Source: Candidatus Marinacidobacterium sp. (GTDB taxonomy: Bacteria > Acidobacteriota > Vicinamibacteria > Marinacidobacterales > Marinacidobacteraceae). Taken from it: a DNA stretch of 64,000 nt. Position numbers and translations under genes: made by a program. The notes beneath the pieces were generated by a model. It saw only the letters and a program-made list of their open reading frames with translations, searched no databases and was not told where the DNA came from. The stretch lies in the NCBI GenBank assembly GCA_965223075.1, contig OZ244986.1:3204462-3268461 (forward strand), read 5' to 3'. Shown here piece after piece: positions 22,926 through 31,308 of this stretch (within the stretch, counting starts at the first letter, position 1; each line of letters begins with the position of its first letter).

Positions 22926-25900
22926 TCAGGGGACCGTCACTAGTTCGGTCGTGGGTGGCGCGGGCGCCGCCTCACCGCTCAGGCGCCAGACCCGGCGCGC
23001 CCGCACGGCGAGGTCGTCCAGCAGCGTGTAGAAGAAGGGGAGGATGACCAGGGTGAGGACGGTGGAGGCGGCGAGTCCGCCGATCACCGCCCGCGCCAGC
23101 GGGAAGTAGTAGAGGCCGTCGAGCCCGGTCCGCCCGATCGCCATCGGGAGGAGGGCGAGCATGGTGGCGCCCGCGGTCATCAGGATCGGCCGCAGCCGGT
23201 CGCGCCCGCCGACAAGCAGCGCCTCGGAGCGGTCCATCCCGCCCCGGCGCAATTTGTTCACGTGGTCGATCAGCACGATCCCGTTCTTGACCACGATCCC
23301 CATCAGGATGAGCATCCCGATCTGGGCCATCAGGTTGAAGGGGCTGTCCGTGAAGAGCAGCGTCCAGCTCGCACCCCAGAGCGCGTAGGGGATCGAGATC
23401 AGGATCGCGAGGGGGTGGATCAGCGATTCGAACTGGGCGGCCATCACGATGTAGATGAGGAGCAGCGCGAGCAGGTAGTTCACGGCCATGTTCTGGAGGT
23501 CGGTGTCCTGCCGGCTGATCCGGTCGCCGAACGACCACGAATAGCCCGCGGGGAGGGCCATGGCGTCGAGCTCCTCCTCGATCGCGGTGCGGGCGTCGTC
23601 CCACGCCTCGCCCTCGTAGGCGGCGCGAAGCGTCGCCACCGCCTTCCGGTCCACCCGCCGGATTGCTCGGCTCCTTTCGACGATCTCGAAGTCGGCGAGA
23701 TCGCCCAGCAGGATCGGGACGCCGCCGTCGGACATCAGGGTGAAGTTCTCGAGGTCTTCCACCCGGGAAACGTCCTTTTGGGACATGGTGAGGAGCACCT
23801 CGGCCTCGCGGTCCTCGGTCTGGAAGCGCCGGAGCGGGCGCCCCCCGAGCGTGAAGCCGAAGATCTCGGCGAGGTCCTGCGGGCTGATGCCGAGCCGGGC
23901 GGCCTCCTCGACCCGCGGCCGCACCACGACTTCCTTCCGCAGGGTGTCCTCGGTGCTCCGGATGTCCGCGACGCCCCCGACGCCCGCTATCCGCGTCTCG
24001 GCGCTCTTCGCGAACTCCGCGAGCCTTTCGGAGTCCTCCCCGTAGAACCGGACCCGGAAGAACATGCTGTCCCCGCCGGTTGCCTGATCGTCGTCGCCGA
24101 ACACGATCCGGGTGCCGGGAAGGATCGGGAGGGCCTCCTTGACCCGTTCCTTCATTTTCTTCCCTTCGGCGTCCGAGATGTGCTCCTTCCCGAACGAGAT
24201 CACGGTCTGCGCCTCGTTCTCCGCGAAGAAGCTGTACACCGATTCGATCCCGAGCTCCTCCCGGAGTCCGGCGAGTTCGCGTTCGACGGCCAGCACCGCG
24301 ATCCGGGCGTCCTCCTTGTAGTGGAAGTCCGAGAACTCGTAGGCGAGCCAGATCCGGTTGCGGTTGAGCCCGGAGAACATCGCGGTGGAGAGTCCGAGGA
24401 AGAACGGCAGGATCGCGGTGACCAGGAAGGCGGCCGCGATTCCCGCGGTGACCCAGCGGCGGCGCAGGGTGAACCGCAGGACGCCCTGGTAGAGATCGCC
24501 GAGGCGTTCCGTCCACTGCGGCGCCACCGACGGCTTTCTGGCGAGCAGTCGCGAGCTCACCAGCGGAATCAGGGTCAGCGAGATGAACAGCGAGCAGAAG
24601 ATGGTCAGCGAGATGGCGAGGCCGATCTCCCCGAGCCAGATGGACATCTCGTTCTTCGATCCCAGGACAGCCGGCAGGAACACCACCGCGGTGGTGACCG
24701 TGGAGGCGATCACGGCGCCGGAGACCGCCTGGGCGCCGGAGATGGCGGCAACCTTCGCCGGGATGCCGCGGCCGTGCTCCCGGACCACGGACTCGAGGAC
24801 CACGATGGCATCGTCCACGAGGAGCCCGATCCCGAGCATCATCCCCATCATCGAGAGCACGTTCAGCGACCGGCCGGCGAAGTAGAGGACGATCGCGGTT
24901 GCGATGATGGACATCGGGATCGTCAGGCTGACGATCGAGGTGGTGTCCACCCGCCGGAGGAACAAGAACAGGACCAAAACCGCGAGGAGCGCGCCCAGCA
25001 GTCCCTCGGTGCGGATGCCCGAGAGCCCCGAGGTGATCTCCTCCGCCTGGTCCTCCCAGACGAAGAGGTTGATGCCGCTGAGCGCCGGATCGGCGGCGAT
25101 CTCCGCCTCGATCAGCTCGGTGACCGCGGTGGCCACCTCGACCGTGTTGGCTTCCGCGCTCTTGTAGACGGTCAACCCGATGGCCGTTTCGTCGTCCAGA
25201 TGCCGTCCGAACGGAATCGGGGGCTCCTGGTAGGTCACCTCGGCGATGTCCGCGACAGTGAGCCCCCGGTCGTTCAGGGGAAGGCTGCCGATCTCGTCGA
25301 TCGCGGACAGCGCACCGAACCCGCGCACCGGCGTTACCACGCCATCCGTCCGGATGCGTCCGAGCGACACGTTGCGGTTCATGCCCGAAACACGCTCCGT
25401 GACCTCGCCGAGGTCCACCCGGTGGGCCGCGAGCCGGTCGAGGCGCAGGTTGATCCGCACCTCGCGCGGCTCGACGCCGTCGAGGTCCACGCGGGCGACC
25501 CCCGGAACCCGGCGGATCGGGTCGGCGATCCGCCGCTCCAAACGGTCGTAGTTCGCGGACAGATCCATCCCGGGGGCGGAAATCCGCGCCTCGACGATGG
25601 GGATCTGCGTCGTCGAGAAGGTGTTGACGTAGATCTCCTTCACGTCGGAAGGAAGATCCCGGCGGGCGTCCTCGACGGCCTCGAACACCTTCGCCCGCGC
25701 GACGTCCACCGTTTCGCCCCAGGTGAACTCGAGCTGGAGCTCGGCGCTGTCGGCGTTCGCGGTGGAGTGGATCCGGCGAGCGCCGGGAATGGTGGCGAGC
25801 GCCTCTTCGAGCGGTTGGACGATCTCCCGCTCGATCTGCCGGGGGCTCGCGTTCGGATAGGGAACGTTGACGAAGACTCCCGGGAAGTCCACGTCCGGCA

Positions 25901-26009
25901 GGTAGGCGAGGGGGATCCGGGTGAACGAGATGCCGCCGAGCACCAGCAGGCTCAGCAGCACCATCGCGGTGGTGACCGGCCTGTTTACCGCAAGGCGAGG
26001 AAGACTCAT
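22926..26009 (-). CDS. RND efflux permease (AcrB/CzcA/MdtC-like), second of a tandem pair
   Basis: About 1027 aa with 12 TM helices and two large periplasmic loops; start trimmed to ATG 26007-26009 (MSLPRLAVNRP...) because the 5' extension in the track overlaps a REP hairpin. Confidence 0.9.
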   Translation of the reverse strand: MSLPRLAVNRPVTTAMVLLSLLVLGGISFTRIPLAYLPDVDFPGVFVNVPYPNASPRQIEREIVQPLEEALATIPGARRIHSTANADSAELQLEFTWGETVDVARAKVFEAVEDARRDLPSDVKEIYVNTFSTTQIPIVEARISAPGMDLSANYDRLERRIADPIRRVPGVARVDLDGVEPREVRINLRLDRLAAHRVDLGEVTERVSGMNRNVSLGRIRTDGVVTPVRGFGALSAIDEIGSLPLNDRGLTVADIAEVTYQEPPIPFGRHLDDETAIGLTVYKSAEANTVEVATAVTELIEAEIAADPALSGINLFVWEDQAEEITSGLSGIRTEGLLGALLAVLVLFLFLRRVDTTSIVSLTIPMSIIATAIVLYFAGRSLNVLSMMGMMLGIGLLVDDAIVVLESVVREHGRGIPAKVAAISGAQAVSGAVIASTVTTAVVFLPAVLGSKNEMSIWLGEIGLAISLTIFCSLFISLTLIPLVSSRLLARKPSVAPQWTERLGDLYQGVLRFTLRRRWVTAGIAAAFLVTAILPFFLGLSTAMFSGLNRNRIWLAYEFSDFHYKEDARIAVLAVERELAGLREELGIESVYSFFAENEAQTVISFGKEHISDAEGKKMKERVKEALPILPGTRIVFGDDDQATGGDSMFFRVRFYGEDSERLAEFAKSAETRIAGVGGVADIRSTEDTLRKEVVVRPRVEEAARLGISPQDLAEIFGFTLGGRPLRRFQTEDREAEVLLTMSQKDVSRVEDLENFTLMSDGGVPILLGDLADFEIVERSRAIRRVDRKAVATLRAAYEGEAWDDARTAIEEELDAMALPAGYSWSFGDRISRQDTDLQNMAVNYLLALLLIYIVMAAQFESLIHPLAILISIPYALWGASWTLLFTDSPFNLMAQIGMLILMGIVVKNGIVLIDHVNKLRRGGMDRSEALLVGGRDRLRPILMTAGATMLALLPMAIGRTGLDGLYYFPLARAVIGGLAASTVLTLVILPFFYTLLDDLAVRARRVWRLSGEAAPAPPTTELVTVP

Positions 26010-26029
26010 GCTGCGCTCAAAGGAGCGCC

Positions 26030-26075
26030 GGTCTCCAGACCGGCATCGCCCGCCGGAGGCGGGTGAAACTCCCCG
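26030..26075. repeat. Type-B REP-like element (GGAGCGCCGGTCTCCAGACCGGCATCGCCCGCCGGAGGCGGGTGAAACTC)
   Basis: Near-identical copies lie directly after stop codons at 36365 and 41296, and partially at 61548. Confidence 0.7.
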
Positions 26076-26127
26076 ACCCCCGAAAGCTGCATGACCCATA
26101 TCACCCCGTGGTTCCTCCCTTCCCGCC

Positions 26128-29100
26128 TCACGCCGCAAACCTCTTTCGATCGAACACCGCGTACGCCGTCGGGATGACCACCAGCGTCAGCAGGGTCGAG
26201 ACCGCCAGTCCCCCGATGACCGTGATCGCCATCGGGCCCCGGATCTCGGCCCCCTCGCCGAGGCCGAGCGCCATCGGGGTCAGAGCGAGGATGGTCGTCA
26301 GGGTGGTCATCAGGATCGGCCGCAGCCGGATCTGCCCGGCGGCGACGATCGCCTCCGCCTTCGCCATGCCGTCGCGGCGCAGCCGGTTGATGCAGTCCAC
26401 CAGCACGATGGCGTTCTTGACCACGATCCCGGCCAGCATGACCACCCCGATGAGCACGATCACGCTGATCGTGGATCCCGAGAGCAGCAGCGCCCACACC
26501 ACCCCGATGGCCCCGAGCGGGATCGTGAACAGGATCAGGAAGGGGTGGAGCAGCGACTCGAACTGGCTCGCCATCACGAAATAGACGAGGAAGATGGCGA
26601 GGCCGATGGCGAGCGCCAGGCTCGCGAAGGAACGCTCCATCTCCTCGCGCTGTCCCCCGAAGCGGGTGGAGACGCCCGGCGCGAGTCCGAGCCCGGCGAT
26701 GCGGGTCCCGATGGCCTCGGTGGCTCCGGCCAGATCCACGCCGTCGAGGTTGCCCGAGACCACCACCGCCGGACGCTGGCCCACCCGGCGGAGTTCGGCC
26801 GGTCCCTCGCTGACCTCGGCGTTCCCGAGCGCCCGGAGCGGCACGGCGCGCGCCTCCTCGGAGTGCACGATCAGTTCCGGCACCGCGGCGGTGCGGGAGC
26901 GGAGGTTCTCGCTGCCCCGCACCACGATGTCGATCCGCCGGTCGCCCTCGTCGAGCCGGGTGGCGACCTCGCCGCGGAGCTTGGAGCGAAGCCCTTCGGA
27001 CGCCTGGTCCACGGTGAGGCCGAGGCTCGCCAGCCGGTCGGCGGCGAATCGGACCCGGATCTCCGGACTCCCCGCTTCGGCGGTCGAACGCACGTCGGCC
27101 AGCCCGGGAACCTCGGCGACGGCCGCCTGCACCCGGCGGGCGCTCGGCACCAGCAGCGAGCGGTCCTCGGAAAAGACCTCGACCTCGACGGGCTGGCGCA
27201 CGCTGAAGTAGGACGGCCGGCCGAACTCGTAGCGGATCCCCGGCCGCTCCGCGAGGCCGGCCCGGACCCTCTCGATCGCGGCCACCTCGGCCTCCTTGTC
27301 TCCGCGATCGGCCATCACCACCTGGACCCGGCCCTGGTGCTCGGCGCGGCCCGAGCCGCCCGCGAAGCCTCCCCCCGCGGCGGTGCCCGCTTCGGTGGTC
27401 ACCCGGAGCACCGCCGGATCGTCGAGCGCGGCAGTGCCCACACCGTCCACCACCGTGTCGGTCGCCGTCACCGCGGACCCCTCCGGGAGGTGGACGTCGA
27501 AGTGGAACTCGCCCTGGGAGAGCGCCGGGATGAGTTCGACGCCGATGGCGGCTCTGCCGACAGCAAGCGATCCGGCGAAGAGCCCGGCCGCCAGCGCGAA
27601 GACGATCACCGGGTGGCCGAGAGCGGCGCGCAGCACCGGCGGGTAGGCGTCCGCCACCGCGGTCTCGGCCGCGCGGAAAGCCCAGAACACCGGCCGCAGC
27701 GGAAAGATGAGCACGCGCCCGACCTTGCGCAAACCCGTGCGGACCGCACGGAGCACCCGGACCGTGATCGTCGGCTTCGCCTCCCCGGTGGAACCGGAAA
27801 CGGCCCCGCCCCGGCTGGCGAGAACCGGGATCAGCGCCAGCGAAAAGCCCAGCGAGGCAAGGATGGAGATGGAGACCGTGAGCGCCTGGTCGCGGAAGAG
27901 CTGTCCGGCGACTCCCTCCACGAAGACGATGGGCAGGAACACGGCGACGGTGGTCAGGGTCGAGGCGATCACCGGACCCGCGACCTCCACCGTTCCGGCG
28001 ACCGCCGCATCCCGCGCGGGCTCGCCCCCGTGGCGCCGGCGGTGGATCGCCTCCAGCACCACGATGGAGTCGTCGAGCAGCATGCCGACCCCGAGCGCGA
28101 GCCCGCCGATCGACATGATGTTCAAGGAAAGCCCCATCTGCTGCATCACGAAGAAGGTGGCGATCACCGAGACGGGAATGGCCATCGCGACCACCGCCGT
28201 CGCCCGCCGGTCGCGGAGAAACAGCGCGATCACCAGGATGGCGAGCAGGCCCCCCTCCCAGGCGTTCCGCACGACCTCCGAGATCGCGCCTTCGATGAAC
28301 TGCGACTGATCGAAGAGGACGGCCAGCGACACCCCGGCGGGAACCGAGTCCTCCACCGCTTCGAGCTGCGCCCGGATGCCTTCGGCCACCCGCACCGTGT
28401 TCGCGTCTCCCTCCTTGAAGATCCTCACCTCGACGCCCTCGGCGCCGCCCTGCCGCAGGATCACTTCCTGATCCTTGAACCCGGAGCGGACTTCCGCCAC
28501 GTCGCCGAGCCTCACGAGCCGCCCGCTGGCCTCCTTCACGATCACCGCACCGATGCGGTCCAGCGTGTCCAGCTCGTTCAGCGTCCGGACCAGATAGCGG
28601 GCCTCGTCCTCGTACACGCTGCCGCCGGCGAGGTTCACGTTGTTCTCCGCCAGCGCCGTCCGGACCTCCGCGACGGTGATGCCGTAGGCGGCCAGCCGCC
28701 CCTCGTCCACATCCACCTGGATCTCGCGGACCAGTCCGCCCTCGATCCGGACCGCGGCGACCCCGTCCACCGCGTCGAGGTCCTTCTTGAGGTCCTCTTC
28801 GGTCCATTGCCGGACGCCGGAGAGCGGGAGTTCCCCGGAGACGCCGATTCGGAAGATGGCGTCCGAAGCCGGGTCGAAGCGCAATAGCCGGGGCCGCTCC
28901 GCGTCTTCCGGAAGGAGGACGCCGTCGAGCTTTTCCCGTACGTCGAGCCCGGCGAAGTCCATGTTCGTGTCCCAGACAAACTCCAGGGTGACTTCGGACA
29001 CCCCGGCGCGGGAGCGGGAAGTGACCCGGCGGAGCCCGGGGACGACCGAGGCCGCCTCCTCGATGGGGCGGGTGACCAGCGTTTCGACCTCGATGGGCGC

Positions 29101-29265
29101 AGCGCCCGTCATCCGGGTCTCGACCGTCAGGGTGGGATAGGAGATCTCCGGCAGCAGATTGACCGGCAGCCGGCCGAGGGCCACGAATCCGAAGACGCAG
29201 GCGGCCACGGTGAACATGGCGACGCTCACCGGCCGCCGAATGCAGGCGGCGATCAGGGACTTCAC
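26128..29265 (-). CDS. RND efflux permease (AcrB/MdtB-like), first of a tandem pair
   Basis: 1045 aa; MKSLIAACIRRPVSVAMFTVAACVFG... is a typical RND TM1; conserved AcrB-family architecture. Confidence 0.9.
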   Translation of the reverse strand: MKSLIAACIRRPVSVAMFTVAACVFGFVALGRLPVNLLPEISYPTLTVETRMTGAAPIEVETLVTRPIEEAASVVPGLRRVTSRSRAGVSEVTLEFVWDTNMDFAGLDVREKLDGVLLPEDAERPRLLRFDPASDAIFRIGVSGELPLSGVRQWTEEDLKKDLDAVDGVAAVRIEGGLVREIQVDVDEGRLAAYGITVAEVRTALAENNVNLAGGSVYEDEARYLVRTLNELDTLDRIGAVIVKEASGRLVRLGDVAEVRSGFKDQEVILRQGGAEGVEVRIFKEGDANTVRVAEGIRAQLEAVEDSVPAGVSLAVLFDQSQFIEGAISEVVRNAWEGGLLAILVIALFLRDRRATAVVAMAIPVSVIATFFVMQQMGLSLNIMSIGGLALGVGMLLDDSIVVLEAIHRRRHGGEPARDAAVAGTVEVAGPVIASTLTTVAVFLPIVFVEGVAGQLFRDQALTVSISILASLGFSLALIPVLASRGGAVSGSTGEAKPTITVRVLRAVRTGLRKVGRVLIFPLRPVFWAFRAAETAVADAYPPVLRAALGHPVIVFALAAGLFAGSLAVGRAAIGVELIPALSQGEFHFDVHLPEGSAVTATDTVVDGVGTAALDDPAVLRVTTEAGTAAGGGFAGGSGRAEHQGRVQVVMADRGDKEAEVAAIERVRAGLAERPGIRYEFGRPSYFSVRQPVEVEVFSEDRSLLVPSARRVQAAVAEVPGLADVRSTAEAGSPEIRVRFAADRLASLGLTVDQASEGLRSKLRGEVATRLDEGDRRIDIVVRGSENLRSRTAAVPELIVHSEEARAVPLRALGNAEVSEGPAELRRVGQRPAVVVSGNLDGVDLAGATEAIGTRIAGLGLAPGVSTRFGGQREEMERSFASLALAIGLAIFLVYFVMASQFESLLHPFLILFTIPLGAIGVVWALLLSGSTISVIVLIGVVMLAGIVVKNAIVLVDCINRLRRDGMAKAEAIVAAGQIRLRPILMTTLTTILALTPMALGLGEGAEIRGPMAITVIGGLAVSTLLTLVVIPTAYAVFDRKRFAA

Positions 29266-29296
29266 GGGGCGGTTCGCAGTCCGGAATCCGGGTGGA

Positions 29297-30391
29297 TCAG
29301 TTGCCGTTCAGGATCTCGACCGGGTCGCCCGGGGTGAGCGCGCCGTGGCCGGCAACCACCACTCGCGCTCCCGGCTCGAGCCCGTCCGGCAGTTCGATGA
29401 GCGCCCCCTCGGGGCTCTCCATCTCCACCCCGACCGTCACCTCCCGACGTACCGCCTTGCCTTCCTCGACCACGAAGACGTGGGCGCCTCCGTCGCTCTG
29501 GATGATCGCCCGCTTCGGGACCAGCACCGCGTTCTCACGCCGGCCGGTCTCGATGACCACGCGGGCGAAGGAGCCGGGACGGACGACCGCCCCCGCCGGG
29601 CGCGGAAGCGCGACGGTCACCTTCACGGTGCCCGTCGTGCGATCCACCACCGGACTGACCTCCCGGATGCGTCCGGTGATTCCGCTCCCGCTCGCATCCG
29701 ACTCCGGGCGGACCACCGCCGGCAGACCCGGTGTGAGGCCGATCACGTCCCGCTCCGGGACATAGAGCCGCGCCACCAGCGTGTCGAAATCGGCGAGGGT
29801 AAGCAGGTGCTGCGCGGGCTCCAGCCGGCCGCCCTGGACCAGCATGACCTCGGTGACCTTGCCCGCGAAGGGAGCCCGGATCTCGGTCCGCTCCAGCTCC
29901 AGCCGGGCCGTTTCGAGTTCGGAGGCGGCGAGGTCCCGATCGAAGCGGGCTTTCTCGTAGTCCCACTCGGAAACCAGGTCTTGTTCGAACGCTCGCTGCT
30001 GCCGGGAGAGCTCCGCATCGGCCCGTGACAGCCGGAGTTCGGCCTGCTGGAAGGAAAGCCGGCGCTCGCGGGCGTCCACCCGGGCCAGCACGTCCCCGGC
30101 GGCGACGGAATGGCCCTCCCGGACCCGGATCTCGGTGAGGACGCCCGACGTTTCGGACAACACCTGCGCCGTGCGCTCGGCCTCCACCGCGGAGGTGGTG
30201 GTGAGGTGAAGAGCGACCGGCCCGAGCCGCGCTTCGGTGACGCTCACCGGCGTCGGGGCCGCTTCTTCAGCGCCCGCGTCGATCTCGCTCGCCTCACTCG
30301 TTTCGGTCCCGGACAGCAGTAGCGGGACGACGACGGCCGCGCTGCCCAGTACCGCGGCTGCCGCCAGCACGACAAATAGTGTTCGCTTCAT
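29297..30391 (-). CDS. RND efflux periplasmic adaptor (membrane fusion protein)
   Basis: Signal/anchor MKRTLFVVLAAAAVLG; biotin-lipoyl and coiled-coil segments (RAPFAGKVTEV). Confidence 0.85.
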   Translation of the reverse strand: MKRTLFVVLAAAAVLGSAAVVVPLLLSGTETSEASEIDAGAEEAAPTPVSVTEARLGPVALHLTTTSAVEAERTAQVLSETSGVLTEIRVREGHSVAAGDVLARVDARERRLSFQQAELRLSRADAELSRQQRAFEQDLVSEWDYEKARFDRDLAASELETARLELERTEIRAPFAGKVTEVMLVQGGRLEPAQHLLTLADFDTLVARLYVPERDVIGLTPGLPAVVRPESDASGSGITGRIREVSPVVDRTTGTVKVTVALPRPAGAVVRPGSFARVVIETGRRENAVLVPKRAIIQSDGGAHVFVVEEGKAVRREVTVGVEMESPEGALIELPDGLEPGARVVVAGHGALTPGDPVEILNGN

Positions 30392-30553
30392 GGCTTCTCC
30401 TAACGGATCACCCGGGCCTGTGGTTCCGGACTTCGGGCTCTCACAAGGGAATTACGCAGCCGCGCCCCAAACTCTTCATCGCCGAACCTGCCCGGAACCG
30501 GGGCCCGACCCGCATGGACCTCCATCCCCATTGCTGCGACAATGGGTCCGAAT

Positions 30554-30625
30554 GCGCGGTTAGCTCAGTGGGAGAGCGCCTGCCTTACACGCAGGTGGTC
30601 GCAGGTTCAAATCCTGCACCGCGCA
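30554..30625 (+). tRNA. tRNA-Val(UAC): tRNA-Val (anticodon TAC)
   Basis: Folded manually: acceptor stem GCGCGGT/ACCGCGC, D-stem GCTC/GAGC, anticodon stem CCTGC/GCAGG with loop CTTACAC, T-arm GCAGG-TTCAAAT-CCTGC, discriminator A; CCA not encoded. Confidence 0.85.
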
Positions 30626-30630
30626 CTGAG

Positions 30631-30710
30631 CGGTCCGGAAAGGGGGCGCGCAGATCGGGCCGGGTGGCGGGGTTACTACAGGCTCGATCGGAGCGCCCCC
30701 TTTCCGGACC
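30631..30710. other. Long hairpin directly after the tRNA (19-bp arms CGGTCCGGAAAGGGGGCGC / GCGCCCCCTTTCCGGACCG, 42-nt loop)
   Basis: Perfect inverted repeat read directly from the sequence. Confidence 0.6.
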
Positions 30711-30797
30711 GCCCGGCGCTTCGCGCCGGGCATCGAAACTCCCTTGCGCGCCGGAGGCGCGCTACGGCGAGTTCCGATGCATCAGTGCCTTCTTTTT

Positions 30798-30840
30798 GTG
30801 AAAGGGGGGGCTCGCCCCGGGGCGAGCCCCCCCTTTCACA
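30798..30840. other. Perfect 43-nt palindrome TGTGAAAGGGGGGGCTCGCCCCGGGGCGAGCCCCCCCTTTCACA, preceded by a T-run
   Basis: About 20-bp stem with no mismatches; could be a terminator or insulator but no U-tract follows on either strand. Confidence 0.5.
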
Positions 30841-30924
30841 CTTTCCCCCCGGTCAGGCGGGCGCCGAACCTCCGGTTCGCCGCCATTTGTTTTCTCGCGC
30901 TCGGCGGTACGCAGGCGGGCCTAA

Positions 30925-31165
30925 CGCACATCGCCGACCGAGAAGAAGCGCGGGAACGGCTTGGAACGCCGACTTCCGGTCGGCACCGCGGCCCGCAGGG
31001 CCGCGAACCGCACATCGCCGACCGAGAAAAAGCGCGGCCGGGCCAGGGAACGCCGACCTCCGGTCGGCACGCGCGCTGCCGATGGAGAAGGAGCGCGGCC
31101 GGGCACGGGAACGCCGGTCTTCAGACCGGCACCGCGGCCCGCAGGGCCGCGAACGGCGCGCTGCT
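30925..31165. repeat. Cluster of 3 REP-like units in plus orientation
   Basis: Three tandem copies of CATCGCCGACCGAGAAGAAGCGCGG...GGAACGCCGAC(C/T)TCCGGTCGGCAC... Confidence 0.8.
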
Positions 31166-31308
31166 GAACATCCTTCAAGGCGCGCAACACCGAAAAACCG
31201 GGCTGTCCAAACCCCATCCGCACCCCCGGAATGCGTTGGGAATGAGCGGAACCCTCCCGGTACACTGACCGTTGGTCTTCCTTTCTGAACACTAGGCCGC
31301 CGAGCGCC

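Noticed and set aside
22972-29265. Multiple 500-1000-aa ORFs on both strands overlapping the RND permease genes (23262..26066+, 26006..28807-, 26545..28887+, 22972..24516-)
   Set aside because: Alternative frames of AcrB-family genes. Low-complexity and lacking TM periodicity. The annotated frames have canonical RND architecture.
30629-30850. Hairpins after tRNA-Val as rho-independent terminators
   Set aside because: Neither hairpin is followed by a U-tract on either strand (the T-run precedes the second one). They are kept as structural elements but not called terminators.
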